From assembly GCA_036336835.1 (NCBI GenBank), contig JAYZFK010000024.1:11687-75686 (forward strand): DNA of 64,000 nt. Direction: 5' to 3'. Positions 1 through 9,827 of this stretch are shown piece by piece. Position 1 is the stretch's first letter; the number at the start of each line of letters is the position of its first letter. The stretch is from Myxococcota bacterium (GTDB taxonomy: Bacteria > Myxococcota_A > UBA9160 > UBA4427). The notes beneath the pieces were generated by a model. It was not told where the DNA came from. It saw nothing but the letters and a program-made list of their open reading frames with translations, and did not search any database. Position numbers and translations under genes: made by a program.

Positions 1-2
1 AC

Positions 3-797
3 CTGCTCGACGGCGCCGAGCTCGTCCGATACGGCGCGAAGACGATCCCGACCGGCGCGCTCTACGCCCAGCCGAAGCTCTACTGCAACGGTGCCATGCT
101 AGTCGGCGACGCCGCCTCGATGTGCAACATCATGAAGCTCTCGGGCGTCCACATGGGCATGAAGACGGGGATGCTCGCGGCAGAGACGATCGTCGACGCC
201 CTCGCCCAGGACGACTTCACCAGCACCACACTGGGCGGCTACACCGAGCGCTACCGCGCGAGCTGGGCCTACGAGGAGCACCTCGAGGGCCGCAACTTCA
301 CCGGCAGCAACGAAACCCACCCGGCGTTCGGGTTGCTGAACATCCCGCTGATGATCCTCACCGGCGGGCGCGGACTGATCGACCCGATCCTGACCCACCC
401 GGACCACAAGTCGATGAAGAAGCTGCACGAGCTGCCCGCGAAGCTGCGCAACCCCGAGCCGTTCGTACCCGACGGGGTGCTCACCTTCAGCAAGGAGCAC
501 CTGGTCGGCTTCAGCGGCACGACGCACGAGGCCGATCAGCCTTCGCACCTCGTGGTCAGCGATACCGACCTGTGCTCGACGGTATGCGCCGAGGAGTACG
601 GCAACCCGTGCGAGAACTTCTGCCCGGCCGCGGTCTACGAAATGGTGGACGACAGCGACAACCCGGGGAAGAAGACCCTGTTCATCCACCACGAGAACTG
701 TGTGCACTGCAAGACCTGCGACATCGCCGACCCCTACCAGGTCATCACCTGGACGACGCCGCAGGGCGGCGAGGGGCCGGACTACACGCAGATGTAG
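3..797 (+). CDS. Electron transfer flavoprotein-ubiquinone oxidoreductase, C-terminal part (5' truncated by window)
   Basis: Frame open from base 3 (YGAKTIPTG...LVGDAA); GTTHEADQPSHL and 4Fe-4S motifs CPAAVYE and NCVHCKTCDIADP typical of ETF-QO. Confidence 0.92.
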   Translation: MLDGAELVRYGAKTIPTGALYAQPKLYCNGAMLVGDAASMCNIMKLSGVHMGMKTGMLAAETIVDALAQDDFTSTTLGGYTERYRASWAYEEHLEGRNFTGSNETHPAFGLLNIPLMILTGGRGLIDPILTHPDHKSMKKLHELPAKLRNPEPFVPDGVLTFSKEHLVGFSGTTHEADQPSHLVVSDTDLCSTVCAEEYGNPCENFCPAAVYEMVDDSDNPGKKTLFIHHENCVHCKTCDIADPYQVITWTTPQGGEGPDYTQM

Positions 798-1682
798 CTA
801 GCCTCGTTTGGCGATCACCTCGAGCAGGCCGTCGATCTCGGCGAGATCGGCGGTGGCCGAGTTGAGCATGCACTCCTCGACGCCGAGCTCTTCGTAGGTA
901 TCGAGCGCCTCGCGCACGGCGTCGGCGTTCGAGCGCGTCTGCTGCGTTGCCATCGCGGTCGCGAGCTCCTCGCCTGCGATGCGCAGGTACTTGTAGACGT
1001 AGTCGTGCAGGTGCTTGGCTGCGTCTGGAGCGAGCGAGTACCAGAAGCCCGCCATGTGCTGCGGAGGCTCGCTGCGCCCGGCCGCGTCCCAGGCCTCGCG
1101 CACACGCGCGAGCTGGCCCGCCATGTCATCGCGCGCGGCGTTGCCCGACCACGAGTAGACCCCGTCGGCCCACTTCGCGGCGCGTCGAGTCGCCTTCGGG
1201 CCCATCACGCCGGCCAGGATGGGCGGCCCGCCGGGCTGCACCGGCAGGGGACCGACGGCTTCGGTCCCCTCGAACGGCAGCTCACCGCGCCAGATCGCCC
1301 TGATCTGGGCGACCTGCTCGTCCATGCGCGCGTGAGTACGGACCATCTCGCGCTCCATGCAGCGGTAGTCGTGCGGCCGCCCGCCGACGCCGACCGTGAT
1401 CGTCACACGGCCACCCGAGATCAGGTCGAGCGTGGCAGCGTGCTTGGCCACCCAGACGGCGGAGTGCATCGGCAGCACGTAGAGCGTCGGCACGATTCGA
1501 ATGCGCTCGGTCCGGGCGGCGGCCGCCGCCAGGGTCGACCCCATCTCGACGCTGGGTCCGATCATGCGCTCGCCGCAGGAGATGCCCGAGAACGGCCCCT
1601 GCTCCACGCGGCGGAACCACTCGAACATCGTGGTGCGGTCCATCGCCGGCTGGGTGTACGGAAAGCACAGCCCGATCTTCAT
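798..1682 (-). CDS. LLM class flavin/F420-dependent oxidoreductase
   Basis: LAAAAARTERIRI, ATLDLISGGRV, PVQPGGPPIL, RRAAKWADG motifs; GGAGG SD upstream. Confidence 0.88.
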   Translation of the reverse strand: MKIGLCFPYTQPAMDRTTMFEWFRRVEQGPFSGISCGERMIGPSVEMGSTLAAAAARTERIRIVPTLYVLPMHSAVWVAKHAATLDLISGGRVTITVGVGGRPHDYRCMEREMVRTHARMDEQVAQIRAIWRGELPFEGTEAVGPLPVQPGGPPILAGVMGPKATRRAAKWADGVYSWSGNAARDDMAGQLARVREAWDAAGRSEPPQHMAGFWYSLAPDAAKHLHDYVYKYLRIAGEELATAMATQQTRSNADAVREALDTYEELGVEECMLNSATADLAEIDGLLEVIAKRG

Positions 1683-1696
1683 CCCGAATCCTCCAG

Positions 1697-2593
1697 ATGT
1701 GCCATTCTAGCGGCGATTCTCGCGGGGAGTTCCCACTGACCAAGCTCGATCAGTTCGAGTCCGTCTTCAAGTCTGCCGCCAAGGAGAAGTTCGCGTACGA
1801 GCGCGTCGATCTCACTCGAGTCCTCCTCGTCAGCGACCTCCCCACAGACTCGACCGTTCCGCTGCTTGGCCAGGTCCGGTCGTTCCTCAGCGTACTCGAG
1901 GGGACCCGTACCGAGTGGCGGCAGCTGTCCGGCGACGACTTCGAGAGCGTGCACCAGCTACTCGAGCGCGTCGCCGAGCGCAGGCCCGACCTGATCGTGA
2001 CCTGGCGCCATCTCCACTCGAACGCCTGGCATTGGCCCTACAGCCTGGGCGAGCACCTCGACGTGCTGACCCAGGCAACCGAGGTTCCCGTGCTAGTGCT
2101 GCCCCACCCGGACGCGGACCGCGCGCTGCCCCACACACTGCAGAACACCGACCGGGTCATGGCGATCACCGACCACCTGACGGGCGACGCCCGCCTGGTG
2201 AACCACGCGCTGCGCTTCAGCGAGCCCGGAGGCACCTGCTGGCTCACCCACATCGAGGGCGAGCGGCAGTTCGAGCGCTTCCTGGAGGCCGTCTCCAAGA
2301 TCCCGGAGATCGACACTGAGGCCGCGCGGGAGCGCGTCGCCGAGCAGCTGCTCAAGGAGCCGCGCGACTACATCCGCTCGTGTCGCGAAGGGATCGAGGC
2401 GCAGCAGCTCGACGTGAAGATCGAGGAGATCGTCCGGATGGGCCGCCGTGTCTCCGAGTACGAGAGTCTGGTCGCCGAGCAGCGCATCGACCTGCTCGTT
2501 CTCAATACGATGGACGGAGACCAGCTGGCGATGCACGGCCAGGCCTACCCGCTGGCGGTCGAGCTGCGCAGGGTCCCGCTGCTGATGTTGTAG
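1697..2593 (+). CDS. Universal-stress-protein-like tandem-domain protein (true start may be near 1735)
   Basis: RPDLIVT...VPVLVLP and IDLLVLN...VPLLML resemble two USP domains; directly upstream of a transporter. Confidence 0.55.
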   Translation: MCHSSGDSRGEFPLTKLDQFESVFKSAAKEKFAYERVDLTRVLLVSDLPTDSTVPLLGQVRSFLSVLEGTRTEWRQLSGDDFESVHQLLERVAERRPDLIVTWRHLHSNAWHWPYSLGEHLDVLTQATEVPVLVLPHPDADRALPHTLQNTDRVMAITDHLTGDARLVNHALRFSEPGGTCWLTHIEGERQFERFLEAVSKIPEIDTEAARERVAEQLLKEPRDYIRSCREGIEAQQLDVKIEEIVRMGRRVSEYESLVAEQRIDLLVLNTMDGDQLAMHGQAYPLAVELRRVPLLML

Positions 2594-2611
2594 GAGGCGA
2601 GACGAACCACA

Positions 2612-3982
2612 ATGGATCACCAAGTCCCGCTGGGCGTGACCCTGCTGTTCGCCGCCCTGCTCGTTGTGATGATCGCCTGCCTCGCCCTCGAGGAGAAGAT
2701 CCACGCCAAGAAGTCCGTGATCGTCGGCGTGTTCGCGGTCGGCTTGCTGCTGATCGGTGGACTCTTCGACCTCTTGCCCTTCAGCGCGATGGATCTGCAC
2801 GTGGGGGAGACGGACATCCACTTGCCCATCTATATCCCGGCCATCGACTGGGGCGTGGTGGCGATCATCCTCGGCTCCTCGCTCTTCGTGGACATCACCG
2901 CAAAGTCGGGCCTCTTCACCTGGATCGCGATCAAGCTCACAAAGGCCTCGAGGGGCGACCCGCTCGTGCTGCTCGCCTACTACGGTGCCATGACCGTCGT
3001 ATTCTCGGCGGTGCTCAACAACGTGACGGCGATGATCATCGTCGGATCGCTCAGCGCGGTCTCGCTGCGTCGCCTCGGGATCCAGGAACAGCTCCTGGGC
3101 TTCCTCCTGATCGAAGGCCTGCTCACGAACGTGGGGGGTATGCTGACGCTGATCAGCTCGGTGCCGAACATCATCGTGGGCAACACGGCGGGCATCTCCT
3201 TCTTCACCTTCTTCGTGCGCTCCGCCCCGTACGTCGTGGTGTCGACAGCGGCGTCTGTCTGGCTCGGTGCGCGCCTCTTCGGCATTCGCCGGCTCGCGAC
3301 GCAGGCCGAACGTGCCGCGGCCAAGCGCCTGTTGGCGGGCCTCGACGAGAACGACGGTCTGGACTCGAAGCTGCGGTTCTGGCTCGGGGCGATCCTGCTG
3401 CTCGCCTTCATCGTCGTGATCGCGAGCGCCTCGATCCCGGGCACACTGCTGAACGAGCTGGGGATGGGCTACGTCGCAATCTCGTTCGCGATCGTCGCGC
3501 TCATCCAGTACAAGGCCACGGCCGATCGCTTCTACCGCGATCTCGACTGGGACCTGCTCGCCTTCTTCGCCGCGCTCTTCATCGTGATCAACGTGATGGA
3601 GCACGCCCAGGTGCTGCACTGGATCGGACGTGGACTGGCGCCGATCCTCGAGCTGGGCGAGCGGGCCGGGCCGGCCGCGCTGCTGCTCGCCTCCGCCCTC
3701 GCCAGCTCGGTCACGGACAACATCCCGCTGGCGGCGATGCTGGCAAAAATACTGGGCGGGCTCGACCTGCCCGCAAGCTCTCCCTACTGGTGGGCGGTGA
3801 TCTTTGGCGCGAACCTCGGCGGCAACCTCACACCGATCGGCTCCGCGTCGACGCTGGTGGCCGTCACCATCATCCACAAGAACGATCTCGAGCTGTCCTT
3901 TGCGGGCTTCGTACGTACCGCGTTCCCCTACGCGGTCCTCCAGCTCGCCCTGGCAGTGGGGTACGTCCTGCTCTTGCCGTGA
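2612..3982 (+). CDS. ArsB/NhaD/SLC13 (ion transporter superfamily) permease
   Basis: FSAVLNNVT, SSVTDNIP, GANLGGNLTPIGSAS motifs, many TM helices; AGGAGG upstream. Confidence 0.88.
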   Translation: MDHQVPLGVTLLFAALLVVMIACLALEEKIHAKKSVIVGVFAVGLLLIGGLFDLLPFSAMDLHVGETDIHLPIYIPAIDWGVVAIILGSSLFVDITAKSGLFTWIAIKLTKASRGDPLVLLAYYGAMTVVFSAVLNNVTAMIIVGSLSAVSLRRLGIQEQLLGFLLIEGLLTNVGGMLTLISSVPNIIVGNTAGISFFTFFVRSAPYVVVSTAASVWLGARLFGIRRLATQAERAAAKRLLAGLDENDGLDSKLRFWLGAILLLAFIVVIASASIPGTLLNELGMGYVAISFAIVALIQYKATADRFYRDLDWDLLAFFAALFIVINVMEHAQVLHWIGRGLAPILELGERAGPAALLLASALASSVTDNIPLAAMLAKILGGLDLPASSPYWWAVIFGANLGGNLTPIGSASTLVAVTIIHKNDLELSFAGFVRTAFPYAVLQLALAVGYVLLLP

Positions 3983-4053
3983 CGAGCAGCGAGCCCCGGT
4001 CCACTGCCCGACGGCGCGACCCAGAGCCCGACGCCAAAGCGCGCACGCTGCGT

Positions 4054-4533
4054 TCAGCGACTCGCCGCTTCGAGCCCGCGAAAGCGCGTCCCAACCGTGA
4101 CGCCGCCGGCCGCGAGGCTTCCCCCGATGGCCTCGAGCACATAGGCAGCGCCGGGTGCGAGCCCGGGGGCGGCGGGGAGCGTAGCCAGCGCCAGCACCGT
4201 GCCATCGCGCGAAAGCACCGCAATATCCATCGGCTGCAGGCGCAGACGGAAGGGCGGCATCACGGCATCCGAGGCCGCCAGCTCGTAGAGCATCGCTGGA
4301 AGCCGACCGTCGTCCTGCCGACGCAGCCGGTCCGCTTCAACGACCGCGAGTCCCTTGGCGTGCTCGGCGGGCGTGCGTGCGAGCCAGCCGATCAGCTGCA
4401 GATCGTCACTTCGAAGCTCGAGCTGCTCGAGCTCGCCGAGATCGAGGTCGAGCGTCTCCCCGCCCTGATAGCAAGCCCACCCACTCATCAGCATCGCCGC
4501 CGCAACCACTGCAGCACGACGCGGCTCTCGCAT
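4054..4533 (-). CDS. DUF192-like exported protein
   Basis: Signal peptide; ARTPAEHAKGL, PMDIAVL, YVLEAIGG..GVTVG resemble DUF192; TAAGCT 6 nt before ATG. Confidence 0.65.
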   Translation of the reverse strand: MREPRRAAVVAAAMLMSGWACYQGGETLDLDLGELEQLELRSDDLQLIGWLARTPAEHAKGLAVVEADRLRRQDDGRLPAMLYELAASDAVMPPFRLRLQPMDIAVLSRDGTVLALATLPAAPGLAPGAAYVLEAIGGSLAAGGVTVGTRFRGLEAASR

Positions 4534-4589
4534 GCGCGTAGCTTATACTGAGCGGGCCCGCGCCGCGCACGCGGCTCGGGCCAGGGCTC

Positions 4590-6089
4590 TTGCGCAGCCC
4601 GCCAGCCGATGGAGCGGAGTTGTCACAGCCCTCGAGGCCGCCCTCGCCGACCGAAGGCGCTCGCGCCCCGGTAGTGACGTTCGTCGTCCTGGCGCTCACC
4701 CTGGGAATCGCGCAGGCACTGCTGCAGCCGCCCGGGCAGGTCACGGACGAAGGCGGCCACTTCGGTCGCAGCGCCCGCGTCGCGATCGGCGACTGGCTCC
4801 CACGCAGAGGCGACGTGTTTGCGCCCGGCTCGCCCGAGCTGGTCGCCTACCTGTATCACTTCTACTCGAAGGAGCTCGAGCTCCGCGAGAGCGTTCCGAG
4901 AGACCGGGTTCCCTTTGCGGCCTACACCCTCGGCGAGTATTTCGCGACGCCGCCGCCGCTGGCGGGCCAGGAGCACGGCCGGCAGGCATTGCTGATCGGA
5001 ACCGCGCGACTCAATCCGAGCCACGGCTACCTGGGACAGGCGGCATTCCTGACTGTCGCGAGCTGGCTCGGTGATGCGCCCGCGCTGCACTTCTATGCCG
5101 GCCGACTCGGTGCACTGTTCGCCGCGGTCGCCGTGACCTCGGCCGCGATCGCGATCCTGCCCGCGGGCCGCTGGCTCTTCGTCTTCTGCGCCATGACGCC
5201 GATGCTGCTCATCATCCGCAGCTCCTTCAGCTCGGACTCGATGACCGTCTCGCTGTCGTGGCTGACAGTCGCGCTGTTCCTCCGCGCGCGAGTCCGCAGC
5301 GAGCCGATACGCGGCCCCGAGATCGCCGCCTTGTTGGCGGCCTGCCTCGGGATGACGCTGCTCAAGGCAAACCTGGTGCTCTTCCCGATGATCGCGCTGC
5401 TGCTGCCGGCAGACCGCTTCCCCGACGCGCGTTGGCGCTGGGCAACGATCGCAGCGCTCCTGACGATTCCGTCGATCGCCACGTTCGGCTGGTGGAGCTG
5501 GGTCTCGGCGACCGATTCGACCGTGGTCATCACGCCGGCGCCCGTGGCGACGCGCGGCGTGGCGAGCATCCTGCCGCTGCTTCCGCAGTTCGTGCTCGAG
5601 AGCCCGACACTGCTCGCCGGCAACGGCTGGAAGTGGCTCGGGCAGCTGGTCGGCGACTACTACGGCTCGCCGGGCTACCGCTCGCTGACGATCGCACTCC
5701 CCGACTGGTCGATCGCTCTCTGGGTCGCGCTGCTCGCGATGCTGGTCGCAACCGCTCCGCGCCACCCACGGATCGGGCCCTCGGCCGCCGCCGTGGCCGC
5801 GGGGCTCGGTCTCGCGCTGCTGCTCGGCACGATGTTCCTGTTCTGGCTCGGGCCACACCTCGGTGGCCCGATCGATCACCAGATCGAGTTCATGGGGGGG
5901 CGCTACCTGCACCCGTCCCTCGCTCTGGTCGTCCCGTTCGCCCTCGGATTGCAGGCACTGCGGGGCAACGCACCGGCCAGCCGGGCCCGACTCGCGACGC
6001 ACCGCGGCGTCGCGGTCATCGGAGCAGTCGTCCTGATGGTGACGTCGCTGCTCACGAACCTGCGGATGAACCTCGGCTGGCCAGACTGA
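4590..6089 (+). CDS. DUF2142-like polytopic membrane protein (GT-C fold glycosyltransferase-like)
   Basis: PPGQVTDEGGH after TM1, SFSSDS, GRYLHP; about 10 TM segments. Confidence 0.7.
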   Translation: MRSPPADGAELSQPSRPPSPTEGARAPVVTFVVLALTLGIAQALLQPPGQVTDEGGHFGRSARVAIGDWLPRRGDVFAPGSPELVAYLYHFYSKELELRESVPRDRVPFAAYTLGEYFATPPPLAGQEHGRQALLIGTARLNPSHGYLGQAAFLTVASWLGDAPALHFYAGRLGALFAAVAVTSAAIAILPAGRWLFVFCAMTPMLLIIRSSFSSDSMTVSLSWLTVALFLRARVRSEPIRGPEIAALLAACLGMTLLKANLVLFPMIALLLPADRFPDARWRWATIAALLTIPSIATFGWWSWVSATDSTVVITPAPVATRGVASILPLLPQFVLESPTLLAGNGWKWLGQLVGDYYGSPGYRSLTIALPDWSIALWVALLAMLVATAPRHPRIGPSAAAVAAGLGLALLLGTMFLFWLGPHLGGPIDHQIEFMGGRYLHPSLALVVPFALGLQALRGNAPASRARLATHRGVAVIGAVVLMVTSLLTNLRMNLGWPD

Positions 6090-6105
6090 GGCGCTCGGCC
6101 GCCGC

Positions 6106-7848
6106 TCAGGGCTCGGCCCCGACGGGCTGCTCCGAACGAGGCACCCGGTACAAGCGGATGCTGTGACCCGCCGTCGCGATCGGCTCGCCGAGCCGGGCGG
6201 CCTCGACCTCGAGGGGCCGCCGAAAGTGAACCAGCCTGCCGTGGTCGTAGAGCGAGTAGCCGCGGCCCTGCAGGGTGGCGCTGATCGCGAGCAGTCCGGG
6301 TCGCACGCGCGCTCCCGCCGGAACCGAGTAGTCGATTCCGTAGATCGCCGGGTCGACGCGCCCGAAGTAGAGCAGCTGGATCGGACCGCCGCCGTGGAGC
6401 TCGACCTGCTCGCGCAGCTGAATCAGGTCCTGTCCCCAGTCGTAGTTCGACTGGACAGCCACGCGGTCACCGCGCGACGGGCCTCCGGCGAGCGCGTTGT
6501 AGTAGGAAAGATAGTCGGGATGGATGGCCAGGCTCACGAGCGCAACAGCGGCAACCGCGAGCCCTGCCGCGCGATCCCGCAGCCGCTGTGGCGGCGCGCT
6601 AGCGAGCACCACCGCGATGAAGCACCAACCGAGGGGGAGCGCGGGAAGCACCATCCGTAGACCGATCTGCTTCTCCGATCCGAACGACGACACCGCAAGC
6701 AATGCAGCCGCGGGCCCGAGCAGAAACAGCAGCGCATCGCCGCTGCCACGCCCGCGCGTGCGCACCACTCGAGCCGCGACCCACGCGGCGAGCAGCAGAA
6801 TTGGCAGGGGTGTCTTGGTCGCAAGCAGGACCAGGAAGTAGTCCCAGCGACCGCCGTGGTACGAACGGCCGAGCAGATAGGACGGGTCGCCCTGCTCGAT
6901 CGCCCTGGATTGTCGGTCGAGCGCCGACACGTAGTCGCGCGGCAGCGGCACGAGGGTCGCCGCGGGCAGCAGCGACGACACCATCTGCAGCCGGCTGCTC
7001 TCGAACTCGAAGCCACCGAGGGGGGGAAACGGGCGCGTGAAGCCGTAGCCCAGGTGCAGCACGGCCAGGGCGATTGCGAACGCAAGACCACTGCCCGCGA
7101 GAATCCGAGAGCGCAACGCCGAGTCCGCACGAGCCCAGCTCACCGCGATCAGGAGCGCGATCACGGGCAACAGCAACAGCGCCGTGAACTTGACGAGCTG
7201 TGCTGCTCCGAGTGCCAGTCCGAGGCACGCGGCGCGACTCGGGCCCGGTCTGTGCAAGAAGCGCCACGCCATGTAGAGCGCGATGGTCATCGCCGCGGCG
7301 GCGCCCGCATCGGTCGTGACCAGCCGACCGTGGGCGATCATGTTCGGCGAGAAGAGCACGAGCCCCGCCGCCAGCAAGCCCGCAAAGTCGGGGCGCGTCG
7401 CCGACAGCTCACGCGCCCACGCGTAGAGGGCGATAGCGAGCAGCGAGACGACGGCCACGCTCGCGGTGCGCGCTGCCACGAAGGAGCGTTGATAGTCGGC
7501 TCCGCGCTCGAGCATGTAGCGATAGCCGTCGCGCCAGAATGGGTTGGCCGTCGACCGATATAGCTCGCGGGCTGCGGGTGCCACCGGATTCGGCCGGCCA
7601 CTGGGCTCGACGAATCGAACGGGCAGAGCCGAGAGCCAGTGCATCAACGGGGGGTTCAGGCTGGCATGCGTGAAGTCGCCGGTCTCGAGCAGATAGACGC
7701 CCGCCGGCAGGTGACCGAACTCGTCCACCGTCACGGACTTGCCCACCAGACTGGTGACCGCGAGTACGGCGTGGGCCACCAGCATCGCGAGCAGCAGCCA
7801 GTGCGCCCCTCGCAACCGCTGCCGGGGCCCGTGTCGCTCGGAGGTCAC
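6106..7848 (-). CDS. ArnT/GT39-family (GT-C) glycosyltransferase
   Basis: SVTVDEFGHLPAG, NPPL, HGRLVTTD, KFTALLL, SNYDWGQD; start set at GTG 7848, downstream of the neighbouring gene's stop. Confidence 0.8.
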   Translation of the reverse strand: MTSERHGPRQRLRGAHWLLLAMLVAHAVLAVTSLVGKSVTVDEFGHLPAGVYLLETGDFTHASLNPPLMHWLSALPVRFVEPSGRPNPVAPAARELYRSTANPFWRDGYRYMLERGADYQRSFVAARTASVAVVSLLAIALYAWARELSATRPDFAGLLAAGLVLFSPNMIAHGRLVTTDAGAAAAMTIALYMAWRFLHRPGPSRAACLGLALGAAQLVKFTALLLLPVIALLIAVSWARADSALRSRILAGSGLAFAIALAVLHLGYGFTRPFPPLGGFEFESSRLQMVSSLLPAATLVPLPRDYVSALDRQSRAIEQGDPSYLLGRSYHGGRWDYFLVLLATKTPLPILLLAAWVAARVVRTRGRGSGDALLFLLGPAAALLAVSSFGSEKQIGLRMVLPALPLGWCFIAVVLASAPPQRLRDRAAGLAVAAVALVSLAIHPDYLSYYNALAGGPSRGDRVAVQSNYDWGQDLIQLREQVELHGGGPIQLLYFGRVDPAIYGIDYSVPAGARVRPGLLAISATLQGRGYSLYDHGRLVHFRRPLEVEAARLGEPIATAGHSIRLYRVPRSEQPVGAEP

Positions 7849-7889
7849 GGCGACCCGAAGGGCCCGAGCCGCCCGACACTGACCCGCAT

Positions 7890-8717
7890 CTATGAGGAGG
7901 CGCGCATCGCGAGCGCGGCGTCGAGCACTGCCAGATCCTGCTCGCTGCTCGTCACCAGCAGCGCCGGGGCCAACGAACCGAGGTCGTCCGGGAACGGCTC
8001 GCCGCCGGCACCCCGGACCAGCATGCCGGCCTCGCGCGCGATCAGCAGGCCGATTCGGCCGCGGATGCTGACACCCTCCTCGGCCGTTCCCCAGCGGAGC
8101 CCCGCTCGGACACCGTGGACCAGTGGCGCCACCGCGACCGCGCCCCCACAGGCGGCGACTGGATCCCAGCCGTGGTCGGTCAGTGCAGCGAACACGGGCT
8201 CGGGCATCCCGTGCGAGACCAGCACGCGATTGCCGGGCTGATGGACCCGGGCGGGTCGCGGCTGCGAGCGCGCCCGGGCGACGCGGGCGCCGCCCCCGCG
8301 CACGGCATCGAAGAACAAACCCTCTCTCGGCAGGGCGACCAGCGCCGCCTCGTAGCGCCCCGCGCACTCGAGGCCAACCATCACGGCGTACGGGCCCTCG
8401 CCGCGCAGGTACGAGTGCAGCGTGCCGTCGATCGGGTCGCAGACGACCCGGACCGGCCCGGACTTCGCGAAGCGAGCTGCCGTCTCGGTGTCCTCCTCCG
8501 CCTCGAGCACGACGCTCGGAAAGTGCTCCAGCAGCGGAACCAGGATCGCCTCCTGGGTGGCCGTGTCCGCGACGGTGAGTGCCTGCTTGGCCGCGGTCGA
8601 CTCGTCGGATTTGGGCGTGTTCTGGACGCGACCCTCGAGCGCGCGCGCGATCGACGCGGCCTGGCGCAGAGCCGGCGCGAGCGTCTCGACGAAGTGCGCG
8701 GGATCGACGGAGCTCAT
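7890..8717 (-). CDS. Inositol monophosphatase family protein (divergent)
   Basis: TVAD, EAEE, DPIDGT, LIAREAG motifs. Confidence 0.8.
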   Translation of the reverse strand: MSSVDPAHFVETLAPALRQAASIARALEGRVQNTPKSDESTAAKQALTVADTATQEAILVPLLEHFPSVVLEAEEDTETAARFAKSGPVRVVCDPIDGTLHSYLRGEGPYAVMVGLECAGRYEAALVALPREGLFFDAVRGGGARVARARSQPRPARVHQPGNRVLVSHGMPEPVFAALTDHGWDPVAACGGAVAVAPLVHGVRAGLRWGTAEEGVSIRGRIGLLIAREAGMLVRGAGGEPFPDDLGSLAPALLVTSSEQDLAVLDAALAMRASS

Positions 8718-8766
8718 GCGGCGACTCGCGGGCAGCTCCGGGGCGTCCGGAGCAACGAACGGTGCC

Positions 8767-9753
8767 TCAGTCGAAGCCGGGCATCCAGAGGTAGTGAAAG
8801 CCCGGGCGGGGCAGCGGACCCAACAGCCGCGTGAGATCGAGCTGGACAGCGGGCACACGCGGCGCGCGTGTGAACAGATTGTTCCGCCACTCGCTCGCTC
8901 GGTGATAGCTGACGACCCGCGACGGGCCGGAGATGCCGGCCAACTCCTGGAGCCGCTCGATCGAGTCCTCGATGTCCCCGATCCCGTCGATCAGACCGTG
9001 CCCGAGCGCCTGCGACGCACTGTAGACGCGACCATCGGCCAGCGCGGCCACCCGGTCGACCGCGAGCTTTGGGCGGCCCGCCACGACGACCTCGCGGAAG
9101 CGCGCGTGGAGATCGTCGACGATCGACTGCATGTGCTCGCGCTCGGCATCGTCCATCTTGCGAAGTGGCGAGCCCGCGTCCTTGAAGTCGCCCGAGGTGA
9201 GCGTCTGGTTCTCGACGCCCAGCTTTTCCATTAGACCGACGACGTTCACGCCGAACGCGACCACACCGATCGAACCGGTCACGCTCGTCGGATAGGCGCG
9301 AATCTCGTCCGCGGCCATCGAGACGTAATAGCCGCCGGAGGCCGCGGTGCTCATGACGTGAGCGACGATCGGGACGCCGCGCTGCTGCTTGAAGGCCAGC
9401 AGCTGGCGGTAGATCACCTCGCTGGCCGAGGCTCCTCCGCCCGGCGAGTCGACGCGCAGCAGGATGCCGCGAACCTCCTCGCGCGCAGCTTGCTGCAGCT
9501 GCTCGCGCACGCGAGCCACGGTGCCCTCGGTGCCGGGCCCGATCAGTCCCGGCTGTTCGTAGCCCGTGATCGGCCCCTGGATCTCGAGCAGCAGCAGCTT
9601 GGGGCCGCTCGAGCCGAAGACGACCGTTTCCTCGAGCGGCTGGCGCTCGCCGGCCAGCCCGCCGAGGTCGATGCAGCCGGCGGGTGCGAGGACGAGCGCA
9701 GCCGCCAGCAGCGCGGGAGCACGGGCAACCACGTACGCCCCCCAACGCACCAT
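8767..9753 (-). CDS. sppA: Signal peptide peptidase SppA (S49), probable lipoprotein
   Basis: VDSPGG, AASGGYY, TGSIGV, SGDFKD, DGRVYSASQA; lipobox-like PAGC. Confidence 0.9.
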   Translation of the reverse strand: MVRWGAYVVARAPALLAAALVLAPAGCIDLGGLAGERQPLEETVVFGSSGPKLLLLEIQGPITGYEQPGLIGPGTEGTVARVREQLQQAAREEVRGILLRVDSPGGGASASEVIYRQLLAFKQQRGVPIVAHVMSTAASGGYYVSMAADEIRAYPTSVTGSIGVVAFGVNVVGLMEKLGVENQTLTSGDFKDAGSPLRKMDDAEREHMQSIVDDLHARFREVVVAGRPKLAVDRVAALADGRVYSASQALGHGLIDGIGDIEDSIERLQELAGISGPSRVVSYHRASEWRNNLFTRAPRVPAVQLDLTRLLGPLPRPGFHYLWMPGFD

Positions 9754-9827
9754 GATCCCCCGCGCTCCCTGAGCCCTCACCCCCAGCTCATCGCTGCTGA
9801 TTCACGCGCCATGCACGCACTCGGTGT

